Shown here: positions 41,536 through 51,120 of the stretch, one piece after another
Position numbering within the stretch: position 1 is the stretch's first letter
How the letters are laid out: every line of letters begins with the position of its first letter
NCBI GenBank assembly: GCA_963730185.1
Contig: CAVSQW010000015.1
Span: 704,001 to 768,000 of the forward strand
DNA from: an uncultured Gemmatimonadales bacterium
GTDB lineage: Bacteria; Gemmatimonadota; Gemmatimonadetes; Gemmatimonadales; GWC2-71-9
DNA length: 64,000 nucleotides
Direction: 5' to 3'
Notes under the pieces: generated by a model
Seen by the model: only the letters and a program-made list of their open reading frames with translations
Database searches by the model: none
Told to the model about the DNA's origin: nothing
Program-made: the position numbers and the translations under genes

Positions 41536-42030
41536 ATGATCGAGCGATTGACGTTGGTGGCCCTGCTCGGGCTGGGGACGCTGGCCAGCGTGCCGGCCCA
41601 GGCCCAGCAGCCGGAGCCGCCTCGGGTGGCGCAACTCCGGGCGGCCATCGAGCAACGGTTCGCCCAGCGGTTGATCGACGAGCTGGGCCTCAACGACGAG
41701 CAGGCCACCAAGGTCCGGGGGATCCTGGCGACCTGGTCGGCCAAGCGCCGCGGGCTGGAGCAGGATGAGCGGGAGCTTCGGGCCCAGCTCGCCGACCAGA
41801 TGCGGCCGGGGGTCGCGGCCGACGAGGCGGTAGTGGTGAAGCTGACCGACCGGATCATCGATGGGCGGATCGGCTACGTCGAGACCTTCAAGAGCGAGCT
41901 CAAGGATCTCTCGGCGGTGCTCACCCCGGTCCAGCGGGCCCAGTATCTGATGCTCCGCGACCGGCTCAACCAGCGAGTCCAGGACATCCGGAACGCGCGG
42001 CCCGGCGCGATGGGGCGGCGCCAACCCTGA
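41536..42030 (+). CDS. Periplasmic Spy/CpxP-like helical protein
   Basis: Signal peptide and two LTxxQ-like motifs (LNDEQ, LTPVQ). Confidence 0.72.
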   Translation: MIERLTLVALLGLGTLASVPAQAQQPEPPRVAQLRAAIEQRFAQRLIDELGLNDEQATKVRGILATWSAKRRGLEQDERELRAQLADQMRPGVAADEAVVVKLTDRIIDGRIGYVETFKSELKDLSAVLTPVQRAQYLMLRDRLNQRVQDIRNARPGAMGRRQP

Positions 42031-42064
42031 GCCGGCTCAAGTCGTTGTCGTGATGGAACCTGTG

Positions 42065-42094
42065 GGCCGGCTCTCGAGCCGGCCTTCGGTTTTT
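42065..42094 (+). terminator. Putative intrinsic terminator after the ECF operon
   Basis: GGCCGGCT-CTCG-AGCCGGCC stem followed by TTCGGTTTTT. Confidence 0.5.
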
Positions 42095-42143
42095 CTGGGC
42101 CGGTTGTGCTAACTTCCATTCGTCCCTCGCCGGAGAGAAAACG

Positions 42144-42998
42144 GTGCGGTCGATCCTCCTGGCGGGCCTCGTTGCGTTGGCCCCCGCCACTCCGTCGTTG
42201 CTGCCGGACCTCGAGATGCCCGGTCGCGGTGTCTCGATGGCGCTGGGCGTCGGGATCGGGGGCGGCGCGCCGGTGCAGATGGTCGATCTGACCTGGGCGG
42301 TGCCACTGCTCCACTTCCTCACCAACCCGCTGGTGGTGCCGATTCTCCTTTCGCTCGGCCTCCTCGGGCTGATCTTCGAGATCAAGGGCGGCCATGTCGG
42401 GGTGGGCGCGCTGGTGAGCGTGGTGTCCCTGGGCCTCTTCTTCGGAGCCAATCTTCTGCTCGGCCTGGCCGGCTGGCAGGAGATCATTCTCCTTGGCCTG
42501 GGGCTGATCGCCCTGGCGGTCGAGGTGTTCATTCTGCCCGGCGTCGGGGTGGTCGGGCTGCTCGGGCTCGGGCTGATCACCACCTCGATGGTTCTGGCCC
42601 TGATCGGCAACTCGCCCACCACCGGCGACCTGATTCAGGCCGGGGCGGTGCTGGGAGCGAGCCTGGTGATTACGGCGTCGGTGTTCGTCGCCTGGATCCG
42701 CCACCTGCCCAACAGCACCCGGTGGAGCGGGATGATGCTCAAGGAGGCCAGCGGCAAGGCCGAGGGTTTCGTCTCGGCTCCGAGCCGGCCGGACCTGGTG
42801 GGCAAGGCCGGCGAAGCCATCACCGACCTCCGGCCGGCCGGGGCGGCCCGGATCGCCGGCGAGCGGGTAGACGTGGTGACCGAAGGCGAGTTCATCCTGA
42901 CCGGGGCCGCGCTCACGGTGGTGCGGTCGGAGGGCTACCGGTTGGTGGTGCGCGCCGCGGAAGCGCTCGCCCCGACCGAGACCAAGCGCCAGGCCTGA
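42144..42998 (+). CDS. NfeD-family membrane protein (no N-terminal protease domain)
   Basis: Multi-TM region (EVFILPG.G..G) and a C-terminal OB fold G.A.TDLRPAG...RVDVVTEGEFI. Confidence 0.88.
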   Translation: MRSILLAGLVALAPATPSLLPDLEMPGRGVSMALGVGIGGGAPVQMVDLTWAVPLLHFLTNPLVVPILLSLGLLGLIFEIKGGHVGVGALVSVVSLGLFFGANLLLGLAGWQEIILLGLGLIALAVEVFILPGVGVVGLLGLGLITTSMVLALIGNSPTTGDLIQAGAVLGASLVITASVFVAWIRHLPNSTRWSGMMLKEASGKAEGFVSAPSRPDLVGKAGEAITDLRPAGAARIAGERVDVVTEGEFILTGAALTVVRSEGYRLVVRAAEALAPTETKRQA

Positions 42999-43043
42999 CG
43001 GCCCGGCAACACACCTGAACGTCCGTCAACGGCGAGGATATCA

Positions 43044-44045
43044 ATGGATTTCGGGACCGTCGGTCCAGCCATGGTGCTCGTGCTGGCCGTCTTGGGCTTC
43101 TTGGCCCTGGCGATCTTCTTCCGCTTCGTCCCAGTCGGCCTCTGGATCACGGCGCTGGCGAGCGGGGTGCGGGTTTCCTTTCCCACCCTGATCGGGATGC
43201 GGCTCAGGCGGGTGAACCCGTCCAACATCGTCAACCCGCTCATCTACGGCCACAAGGCGGGGCTCTCGCTGCCGATCAACTCGCTCGAGGCCCATTATCT
43301 GGCCGGCGGCAACGTGGAGCGGGTGGTCCGGGCCTTGATCTCGGCCGACAAGGCGGGCATCCCGCTCGACCTGAAGCAGGCCACCGCGATCGACCTGGCC
43401 GGCCGGGACGTGTTCGAGGCGGTCCAGGTGAGCGTGAATCCCAAGGTCATCACCACCCCCAAGGTGGCGGCGATGGCCCGGGACGGGATTCAGCTCCTGG
43501 CGATGGCGCGGGTTACGGTCCGGGCCAACATCAACCGGCTGGTGGGCGGCGCGGGCGAGGAGACCATCCTGGCCCGGGTGGGCGAAGGGATCGTGAGCAC
43601 CATCGGCTCGGCCCAGAGCCACAAGGCGGTGCTCGAGAACCCCGACATGATTTCCAAGACGGTGCTGGCCAAGGGGCTCGACGCCGGGACCGCGTTCGAG
43701 ATCCTCTCGATCGACATCGCCGACGTCGACGTCGGCAAGAACATCGGGGCCGAGCTCCAGACCGATCAGGCCGAGGCCGACAAGCGGATCGCCCAGGCCA
43801 AGGCGGAGGAGCGGCGGGCGCTGGCGGTGGCGATGGAGCAGGAGTTCAAGGCCGAGCTCCAGCGGGAGCGGGCCAAGCTGGTGGCGGCCGAGGCGCAGAT
43901 CCCGATGGCCATCGCCGAGGCCTTCCGGTCCGGCCACCTCGGGGTGATGGACTACCAGAAGTACCGGAACATCGAGGCCGACACCGAAATGCGGCGGTCG
44001 ATCGCGGGCCCGTCGGACCCGGGGCCCACCCGCGAGGTCGGCTGA
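43044..44045 (+). CDS. floA: Flotillin-like protein FloA (YqfA family)
   Basis: Motifs [46 protein letters not shown] and [10 protein letters not shown]. Confidence 0.95.
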   Translation: MDFGTVGPAMVLVLAVLGFLALAIFFRFVPVGLWITALASGVRVSFPTLIGMRLRRVNPSNIVNPLIYGHKAGLSLPINSLEAHYLAGGNVERVVRALISADKAGIPLDLKQATAIDLAGRDVFEAVQVSVNPKVITTPKVAAMARDGIQLLAMARVTVRANINRLVGGAGEETILARVGEGIVSTIGSAQSHKAVLENPDMISKTVLAKGLDAGTAFEILSIDIADVDVGKNIGAELQTDQAEADKRIAQAKAEERRALAVAMEQEFKAELQRERAKLVAAEAQIPMAIAEAFRSGHLGVMDYQKYRNIEADTEMRRSIAGPSDPGPTREVG

Positions 44046-44046
44046 G

Positions 44047-44592
44047 ATGGAAGGGATCGTCCTCCTCCTCTTCTTCTTCGTGATGATGAGCGTCGTCCGC
44101 GGACTGGCGAATCAGCAGAAGAAGGGAACCCGCCCGGCCCGCCGGCCGCCTCCGCGGGGGCCGTCCGAGGGCGGCTCGGAACAGCCGACCTCGATCCGGG
44201 ACCTCCTGGAGGAGTTCCGCCGCTCGATGGAGGAGGCGGAGCGGAAGGCGCGGGGTGAGGACGTGCGGGTGCTCCAGCCGCCCACCCCGGTCGAGGCGGC
44301 CCAGCTCGAGCCCCGGGTGGCGGTGAAGCGGCTTCCGGCCAAGGCGAAGGCATCGTCGCAGCCGATGGACTTCGACGACCAGGCCGAGGCCGTGATCCGG
44401 GAGCGGCGCCGGTGGGCCGAGCAGCACTCCAAGGCGCTGACCGAGGCCGACCACGAGGCCTTCGACGAGCGAATCCGGGAGGGGCAGCAGAAGAAGCCCG
44501 TGCCTCAGGCACCGTCCCGGGCTCATGAGCTTCGTCAGATGATCATCTGGCGCGAGGTGCTGGGGCCACCGGTCGCGCTTCGCGACGACTGA
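44047..44592 (+). CDS. YqfB-like hypothetical protein
   Basis: N-terminal TM and C-terminal LRQMIIWREVLGPP. It is the third gene after nfeD-floA. Confidence 0.65.
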   Translation: MEGIVLLLFFFVMMSVVRGLANQQKKGTRPARRPPPRGPSEGGSEQPTSIRDLLEEFRRSMEEAERKARGEDVRVLQPPTPVEAAQLEPRVAVKRLPAKAKASSQPMDFDDQAEAVIRERRRWAEQHSKALTEADHEAFDERIREGQQKKPVPQAPSRAHELRQMIIWREVLGPPVALRDD

Positions 44593-44619
44593 CCCTCCCG
44601 CAAGCGGAGCGCGACGACC

Positions 44620-46386
44620 ATGATCCGGTTCGAACCACGGCTCGGCGGAGGGGTGGTCGCTCTGATGATGGCCCTCACGGCCGGCCGGGCGGCCGCCCAG
44701 GACGACGGGCAGTGGACCCGGCCCGGTAAGGATCTCGGCGCCACCCGCTACAGCGGTCTGACCGCGATCACCCCGGCCAACGCGGGCCGGCTCCGGCCCG
44801 TCTGGACCTTCTCCACCGGTGTGCTCGGTGGTCACGAGGGGCAGCCACTGGTGGTCGACGGGACGATGTACGTGGTCACGCCCTACCCGAACGTCCTCTA
44901 CGCCTTCGATCTCACCAAGGATGACTATCCGCTCCGGTGGAAGTACCGGCCGGACGTGAGTCCCGCTTCGGTGGGGGTCGCCTGCTGCGACGCCGTGAAC
45001 CGGGGCGCGGTCTACGCCAACGGCCTGATCGTCTACAACCTCCTGGACGGCCACACCGTCGGGATCGACGCCAGGACCGGCAAGGAGCGCTGGAAGACCA
45101 AGGTGGCCGATCTGGCCCGGGGCGAGACGATCACCATGGCGCCGCTGGTGGTGAAGGATCGGGTGCTGGTAGGGCCGTCGGGCGGCGAGTTCGGGATCCG
45201 GGGCTGGCTCAAGGCGCTGGACCTGGCGACCGGCAAGGTGGTCTGGACGGCGCGGAACGTCGGGCCGGACAGCTCGGTGCTGGCTCGACCGGGCACCTTC
45301 CGTCCGTTCTACGACCAGGGGACGGAGCTCGCCCTCCGGAGCTGGGCGGGCGACACCTGGCAGCGCGGCGGCGCGCCAGTCTGGGGCTGGCTCTCCTACG
45401 ACCCCGAGCTCGATCTGGTGTACTACGGGACCGGTAACCCGGGACCGTACAACGCCGACCAGCGTCCGGGCGACAACAAGTGGACCTCAAGCGTCCTGGC
45501 CCGGCGCCCGGGCGACGGCAGCCTGGTCTGGGCCTATCAGTTCACCCCCCAGGACAACTGGGACTACGACGCCACGGCCGAGAACATCCTGACCGAGCTG
45601 GTGATCAAGGGCCGGCGGCGGAAGGTCCTGGTCCACTTCGACAAGAACGGGTTTGGGTACACGCTCGATCGGGCGACGGGCGAGGTGCTCGTGGCCGAGC
45701 CTTACGTGGACGTGAACTGGGCCACGCGAGTGGATCCGGCCACCGGTCGGCCGGTGCTCGACTCGACCAAGCTCACCGGCGCGTCGCGCGGGAAGGTGGA
45801 GCGGATCTGTCCCAGTCTGGAGGGCGGCAAGAGTCCGGCGTCGCCGGCCTCGTATTCGCCGGCCACCGGGCTGTTCTACGTGTCGACCCTCAACCTTTGC
45901 ATGGACTGGCAGTCGAGCGAGGCGGTCTACATCGCAGGCACGCCGTACGTCGGCGCCTCGGTGCCGTATCATCCCGGTGCCGGGGGGTACATGGGGGCGT
46001 TCATCGCCTGGGATGCCGCGAAGGGGCGGCGGGTCTGGGAGGTCCACGAGAAGTTCCCCGTCTGGAGCGGCACGCTCGCCACCGCGGGCGGGGTGGCCTT
46101 CTACGGAACGTTGGACGGGTGGCTGAAGGCGGTGGACGCGCGGACCGGCCGGTCGCTCTGGAAGTTCAAGGTGGGCTCCGGCGTGGTCGGCGCCCCGATC
46201 ACCTATCGGGGGCCGGACGGCAAGCAGTACGTGGCGGTCTATGCCGGGATCGGGGGAGACTGGCTCCTGATCGCGGGCGACGTTCGCTCCGACGATCCGG
46301 CCGACGTGCGGGCCCCCTCCGATTTCGCCCCGGACCTGGCTCGCTATACCAGCCAGGGAGGCATCCTGTGGATCTTCGCGCTCTGA
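44620..46386 (+). CDS. PQQ-dependent alcohol dehydrogenase, methanol/ethanol family, XoxF-like
   Basis: Signal peptide, then GHEGQPLV, vicinal CCD.VNRG, SGGEFG, GTGNP, RPGDNKW, WDYD and DKNG. Confidence 0.92.
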   Translation: MIRFEPRLGGGVVALMMALTAGRAAAQDDGQWTRPGKDLGATRYSGLTAITPANAGRLRPVWTFSTGVLGGHEGQPLVVDGTMYVVTPYPNVLYAFDLTKDDYPLRWKYRPDVSPASVGVACCDAVNRGAVYANGLIVYNLLDGHTVGIDARTGKERWKTKVADLARGETITMAPLVVKDRVLVGPSGGEFGIRGWLKALDLATGKVVWTARNVGPDSSVLARPGTFRPFYDQGTELALRSWAGDTWQRGGAPVWGWLSYDPELDLVYYGTGNPGPYNADQRPGDNKWTSSVLARRPGDGSLVWAYQFTPQDNWDYDATAENILTELVIKGRRRKVLVHFDKNGFGYTLDRATGEVLVAEPYVDVNWATRVDPATGRPVLDSTKLTGASRGKVERICPSLEGGKSPASPASYSPATGLFYVSTLNLCMDWQSSEAVYIAGTPYVGASVPYHPGAGGYMGAFIAWDAAKGRRVWEVHEKFPVWSGTLATAGGVAFYGTLDGWLKAVDARTGRSLWKFKVGSGVVGAPITYRGPDGKQYVAVYAGIGGDWLLIAGDVRSDDPADVRAPSDFAPDLARYTSQGGILWIFAL

Positions 46387-46844
46387 GACCGGTCCTCGGC
46401 CTGACGCTGATCGTCGGCGTGACCGCCTGCGCGGAGCGCTCGGTGCCTTCAGTGGCGGCCGGTGAGACGGCGGCGAAGCCGGGGTCGGTGCGATACCTGG
46501 AGTACGTGTCGGCGGGCGGGCGGATTCCGCCGGCCGACAGTCCGGTCAACCCGCTCGCCGCCGAGGTGGATGCCGCCCGCCAGGGTGAGAAGCTCTTCGC
46601 GAGCATGAACTGCGACGGGTGCCACGGCGAGGGCGCCGTGGGCTTCGTGGGGCCGAGCCTCGTGGATGGCCGGTGGCGCTATGGAGGCGGCGACGGCGCG
46701 CTCTACCAGTCGATCTTCTATGGCCGCCCCCACGGCATGCCGGCCTACGGCGGCCTGCTCTCCGCCGCCACGATCTGGCAGCTGGTCAGCTACCTTCGCG
46801 CCCAGCCGGTCCCGACGGTCGTGCCGACCGTCTCCTGGGAGTAG
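46368..46844 (+). CDS. Monoheme c-type cytochrome lipoprotein
   Basis: GGGAGG RBS and GTG start. Lipobox VTAC, heme motif CDGCH and axial Met in GMPAY. Confidence 0.88.
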   Translation: MDLRALRPVLGLTLIVGVTACAERSVPSVAAGETAAKPGSVRYLEYVSAGGRIPPADSPVNPLAAEVDAARQGEKLFASMNCDGCHGEGAVGFVGPSLVDGRWRYGGGDGALYQSIFYGRPHGMPAYGGLLSAATIWQLVSYLRAQPVPTVVPTVSWE

Positions 46845-46854
46845 CCGCGCCCCG

Positions 46855-48615
46855 TTACTGCCGCTTCAGCTCGATCCAAGACGTCAGCGCGTTGCCGATC
46901 CGGTTGGCCGGCAGCGACTGCGCGATCAGGCTCCCGTTCAGGACGTTGCCCCTGAGCTTCACCTCCAGCCGGAGGTGGTAGGGCCGGCGGTCGGCGTCGG
47001 GCGTGCCGATGTCGCCGTCGAAGAAGCCGGTGAGCGTGCCGTCGGAATAGCCCGGGTCGTTGAGCACGGTCCAGGGTTGGTCGGCGAGGCGGACGAAGAT
47101 CGCGCCGGTGGGCTCGACCCGGAGGATCACGTCGCGGGCGTCCAGATAGGTGTCCACCGCGCCCGACCAGACGCCCTCCAGCTCGGGGATCTTCTTGAGC
47201 GCCGGACCGGGGGGAGCCCGCCTCCCGGTCAGCGCAGGCTCGTCGCCGTTCCGGAAGGTGGCCACGGGGGTCGAACCGTCCCAGGCGAACGTCACCGACA
47301 CCTCGGGCGCGTTGGCGACCTCGAACCGCTCGTTGCCGCGGTAGACGAGCGGGGCCGCCCCAGCCGGGATCGCCGCCACCAGCCGGCCGCCGCCCTCCGA
47401 GATCGAGAGCTGGAAGGGGCCGAGGTCGTAGCTCCCGACGTAGCGGCGGCGCTCGGCCGGTGACAGCGGCTGCCCGGCGGCCGCCACCGCCGGCGGGCTG
47501 GCCCGGTCGGGCGCCAGGATCGCGATGATCTCCTGGGCCACTTGGTGGGGCGCGGCGCTGGCCGAGTTGCAGAGCACGGTGACGACCGCGTCGTACTGGG
47601 GTAGGAGAATCAGCGTGGTGGAGACGCCGCCCATCCCGCCGGTGTGGCTGATGGTCTGGAGTCCCTTGTCGTTGGTGTTGCTGGCCCAGCCGATGCCGTA
47701 GCCGCTGTTCGGCCCGGTCGGTCCGGTCGGGGCGTGCATCGCGTCGCGGTCGGCCTCGGTGAGGATGGCCTTTTGCTCGGGCAGCTTGTCCTTCAGATGG
47801 AACATCCCGAACCGGACCAGATCGTGGGCGCTGCTGAAGATGGCCGACGCGCCGGGGTGGTCGAAGTCGTAGAAGGGGATCGGCGAGCCATCGGCGGCGT
47901 AGCGGGTGGCGGCGTATGGCTCGAGGCCGGGCCCGATGTCCACCGAGGTATGCGTCATCCCGAGCGGAACGAACACCTCCTGGCGCATGAAGTCGGGGTA
48001 CGTCATCCCCGACACCCGGGCGATCACGTAGTCGATGATGCCGAAGCCCAGGTTGGAGTACTGGTAGCGCTCGCCGGGCGGGGTGACCAGGTTGCCGTAG
48101 CGCCGGATGGTCTCGTCCATCGTCGGCTTGGGGTAGGGCTCGTCGGCGTAGAAGAACTGGTAGTGGAGCGGGAGGCCGGCCCGGTGCGACGCGACCAGCC
48201 GGACCGTCGCCTTGGAGGCGTCGAAGGCACGACCGTTGAGCTTGCCCCAGCCGAGGTAATCGTTGATCGGCTGGTCCAGGTCGACCTGGCCGCGCTCCAC
48301 CAGGACCATGAGGCCGGTCGCGGTGATCGGCTTCGAGATCGAGGCCAGGGAGTACATGGTGTGCTCGGTGGCGGCGATCCGCTTCTCCCGGTCGGCCCAG
48401 CCGTAGCCGCCTTCCCAGATGATCTTCCCGTGCCGGGCTACCGCCACGGCGAGCGAGGGTACGCCATCTTGGGTCAGGCGGCGCTGGATGCTGGCCTTGA
48501 CCGACTCGAAGGCGGGACTGCCGATCGCGCGCTCGTTCTTGATTTGCGCGGTCGCGGGGGACGCGACGAGGAGCAGGGCGGCGAGCACACCGAGTGACGA
48601 AGCGCGCGTGGTCAT
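46855..48615 (-). CDS. Secreted serine hydrolase, beta-lactamase/D-peptidase family
   Basis: SISK (SxxK), YSN and HTG, with C-terminal extension domains. Confidence 0.9.
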   Translation of the reverse strand: MTTRASSLGVLAALLLVASPATAQIKNERAIGSPAFESVKASIQRRLTQDGVPSLAVAVARHGKIIWEGGYGWADREKRIAATEHTMYSLASISKPITATGLMVLVERGQVDLDQPINDYLGWGKLNGRAFDASKATVRLVASHRAGLPLHYQFFYADEPYPKPTMDETIRRYGNLVTPPGERYQYSNLGFGIIDYVIARVSGMTYPDFMRQEVFVPLGMTHTSVDIGPGLEPYAATRYAADGSPIPFYDFDHPGASAIFSSAHDLVRFGMFHLKDKLPEQKAILTEADRDAMHAPTGPTGPNSGYGIGWASNTNDKGLQTISHTGGMGGVSTTLILLPQYDAVVTVLCNSASAAPHQVAQEIIAILAPDRASPPAVAAAGQPLSPAERRRYVGSYDLGPFQLSISEGGGRLVAAIPAGAAPLVYRGNERFEVANAPEVSVTFAWDGSTPVATFRNGDEPALTGRRAPPGPALKKIPELEGVWSGAVDTYLDARDVILRVEPTGAIFVRLADQPWTVLNDPGYSDGTLTGFFDGDIGTPDADRRPYHLRLEVKLRGNVLNGSLIAQSLPANRIGNALTSWIELKRQ

Positions 48616-48748
48616 CGGGAGAATCCTGGCGATGGTGGAGTGTGTGGTCCCGCTAATGTAGCGGTCGGCGGGAAAACGAGATACCGTCCCGCCGCCGCGC
48701 GGGCGAGCCGCGCGCCGAGCGGAACCAAGCGCTCGGGGGGAGAGCCGG

Positions 48749-49315
48749 TCAGCTGGGCGGGTGCGCCTCGGCGTAGCGCGCCATGCACTCGGTGATCGTC
48801 TGGCGGGCGGCCGCCGCGTCGCCGAAGCCCTGGCTCACCTGCTGGTGGCGCTTGGGTCCCTCGAGGTCCTTGTAGACCAGGAAGAAGTGCTCGATCTCGA
48901 GCAGGGTGTGCCGGGGCATCTGGCTCAGGTCGGTGATCTCGCGGGTGTAGGGGTCGGACACCGGGACCGAGAGGATCTTCTCGTCGTTCTCGCCCTTGTC
49001 GACGAGGCGGAAGATCCCCACGGGGCGGGTCTCGATCAGGCAGCCGGTGAACACCGGGACCGCCATCAGCACCAGGACGTCGAGCGGGTCGTTGTCCTCC
49101 GCCAGGGTTTGCGGCAGGAAGCCGTAGTCGCCGGGGAAGTGCATCGCGCTGTGGAGCACCCGGTCGAGCCGGAAGAGCCCGGTGGCCTTGTCGAGCTCGT
49201 ACTTGTTCCTGGCGTCTTTCGGGATCTCCACGATAGTGTTCAGGAGGTCCGGGGGATTGGGGCCGGTGGGGAGGTCGTGCCAGAGGTGGAGCGATCGGGT
49301 CAGATTGGCGGGCAC
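48749..49315 (-). CDS. ppa: Family I inorganic pyrophosphatase
   Basis: Motifs EIPK..RNKYE, YGFLPQT..EDNDPLDVL, DEKI and IEHFFLVYKDLE. Confidence 0.95.
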   Translation of the reverse strand: MPANLTRSLHLWHDLPTGPNPPDLLNTIVEIPKDARNKYELDKATGLFRLDRVLHSAMHFPGDYGFLPQTLAEDNDPLDVLVLMAVPVFTGCLIETRPVGIFRLVDKGENDEKILSVPVSDPYTREITDLSQMPRHTLLEIEHFFLVYKDLEGPKRHQQVSQGFGDAAAARQTITECMARYAEAHPPS

Positions 49316-49353
49316 GTGAGACTCGGTTTTGGGTACGGCCGAAAGCTAATTGG

Positions 49354-49471
49354 TAGGGACTAGGGACTTGGGAGTAGGGACTTGGGAGGGAGTAGTGAGT
49401 TGGCGGTAGGGGCCCGAAATGCCCATTCCCCACTCACTCCCTCGGCACCATTCACCATTCACCACTCACTA
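49354..49471. repeat. Bipartite inverted heptamer array C
   Basis: TAGGGAC TAGGGAC TTGGGAG TAGGGAC TTGGGAG GGAG TAGTGAG TTGGCGG TAGGGGC ... TTCCCCA CTCA CTCCCTC GGCACCA TTCACCA TTCACCA CTCACTA. Confidence 0.85.
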
Positions 49472-49477
49472 ATACAC

Positions 49478-50926
49478 ATGGTCAATCGACTGAAGGTATT
49501 GGCGGCGCTCCTTCTCCTGGCGGGGGTTGCCGGGCCGGCGGCGGCACAGGAAGCGACCTACGATCTGGTGCTGGCGCGGGGGCGGGTGATCGATCCGGAG
49601 ACCGGGCTCGACGCCGTCCGCTACGTCGGCATCAACGGCGGCACGATCGCGGCGATCTCCAGCCAACCGCTCAAGGGCCGGCAGGTGGTCGACGTGATGG
49701 GGCTGGTGGTGGGCCCCGGCTTCATCGACCTCCACGCGCATGGCCAGGATTCGGTCTCGAGCCGGTTCCAGGCCCAGGATGGGGTAACCACCGCGCTCGA
49801 GCTCGAGGGCGGCACCGGCGACGTGCCGGGGTTCTACTCGTCCCGGGTCGGCCGCGCGGTGATCAACTTCGGCGCCACCGTCAGCCACGGCGACGCCCGG
49901 GCGGCGGTGCTCAGCGACATGACGCCCCAGGGTCCGGCCTCGGTCTACCAGAACGCCACGCCCGAGGAGATCGAGAAGATCGCGGCGCTGGTGGAGCGGG
50001 GCCTCGACCAGGGCGGGCTCGGGATCGGGTACGGGATCCAGTATCAGCCCGGCATGACCCGGGGCGAGGTGATCCGGATGTTCGGGGTCGCCGCCGAGCG
50101 GGGCGTCACCAACTTCGTGCACGACCGGTTCGCCAGCGCCAAGGAGCCGGGGAGCAGCGTCGAGGCCGTCGAGGAGCTGATCGCGGCGGCCGCGGTGACC
50201 GGCGCGTCGGTCCAGATGGTGCACGTCGGGAGCAGCGGGCTCAAGCAGGTGCCCGACATCCTGGCGATGATCGCCGGCGCCCGGAAGCACGGGATCGACA
50301 TCAGCACCGAGGTCTACCCCTACACCGCGGCGTCGACCGACATTCGGGCCGCGATCTTCGACGACGGCTGGCGGGAGAAGCTGGGCGCCGACTACGGCGA
50401 CATCGAGTGGGTGCCGACCGGTGAGCGGCTGACCGCGGCCAACTGGGCCGAGCACCGGAAGATCGGCGGGCCGATCATCGCCCACGTGATTCCGGAGGCG
50501 TCGGTCGACTACGCCATCGCCAACCCGCTGGTGATGATCGCGAGCGACGGGGTGCCGTTCGTGAACGGGCGGGCCCATCCCCGAGGCGCCGGGACCTTTT
50601 CCCGGGTGCTGGGCCGCTACGTCCGGGAGAAGAAGCTGATCACTCTCCCGGAAGCGCTCCGGAAGATGGCGCTGATGCCCGCCCGGCGGCTGGAGGCCGC
50701 GGTGCCCCAGATGCGGCACAAGGGGCGGGTGCAGGTGGGAGCCGACGCCGATCTCACCGTGTTCGATCCCGCGCGGGTGATCGACAAGGCCACGTTCGCC
50801 GAGCCGGCCCAGGCGTCGGAGGGCATCGTGCACGTGCTGGTGGGCGGGCAGTTCGTGGTGAAGGACGAGCAGCTGACGGGCGCGACACCGGGCGTCGGGA
50901 TTCGACGTCCCACTCACGTCCCTTGA
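49478..50926 (+). CDS. Secreted N-acyl-D-amino-acid deacylase-like amidohydrolase
   Basis: Motifs PGFIDLHAH, DGVTT, EVYPYTA, IASDG, HPRGAGTF and ADLTVFD. Confidence 0.85.
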   Translation: MVNRLKVLAALLLLAGVAGPAAAQEATYDLVLARGRVIDPETGLDAVRYVGINGGTIAAISSQPLKGRQVVDVMGLVVGPGFIDLHAHGQDSVSSRFQAQDGVTTALELEGGTGDVPGFYSSRVGRAVINFGATVSHGDARAAVLSDMTPQGPASVYQNATPEEIEKIAALVERGLDQGGLGIGYGIQYQPGMTRGEVIRMFGVAAERGVTNFVHDRFASAKEPGSSVEAVEELIAAAAVTGASVQMVHVGSSGLKQVPDILAMIAGARKHGIDISTEVYPYTAASTDIRAAIFDDGWREKLGADYGDIEWVPTGERLTAANWAEHRKIGGPIIAHVIPEASVDYAIANPLVMIASDGVPFVNGRAHPRGAGTFSRVLGRYVREKKLITLPEALRKMALMPARRLEAAVPQMRHKGRVQVGADADLTVFDPARVIDKATFAEPAQASEGIVHVLVGGQFVVKDEQLTGATPGVGIRRPTHVP

Positions 50927-50941
50927 CGATGATGATGATGA

Positions 50942-51120
50942 TAGGGAGTAGGGAATGGTGAGTCGGGATTAAGGGAGGGAGTGGGCGGTAGGGAGTGGGG
51001 GGCGTCTCCTCACTGCTCACTTCCTACTCACGACTGCCTAGTCACTCCCTATTCACTACTCCGTATTCCCTATTCACTACAGTCGCTCCCTATTCACTAC
51101 TCCCGAAATCACGAGTCACT
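50942..51120. repeat. Bipartite inverted heptamer array D
   Basis: TAGGGAG TAGGGAA TGGTGAG TCGGGAT ... TAGGGAG TGGGGGG ... TTCCTA CTCACGA CTGCCTA GTCA CTCCCTA TTCACTA CTCCGTA TTCCCTA TTCACTA ... CTCCCGA. Confidence 0.85.

Noticed and set aside
42095..42110. Sigma54 promoter before nfeD (TGGGCCGGTTGTGCT)
   Set aside because: The GG-to-GC spacing is 9 nt rather than the required 10.
50928..50942. (GAT)5 microsatellite as a phase-variation tract
   Set aside because: It is short, intergenic and downstream of a stop, so it affects no reading frame or evident promoter spacing.
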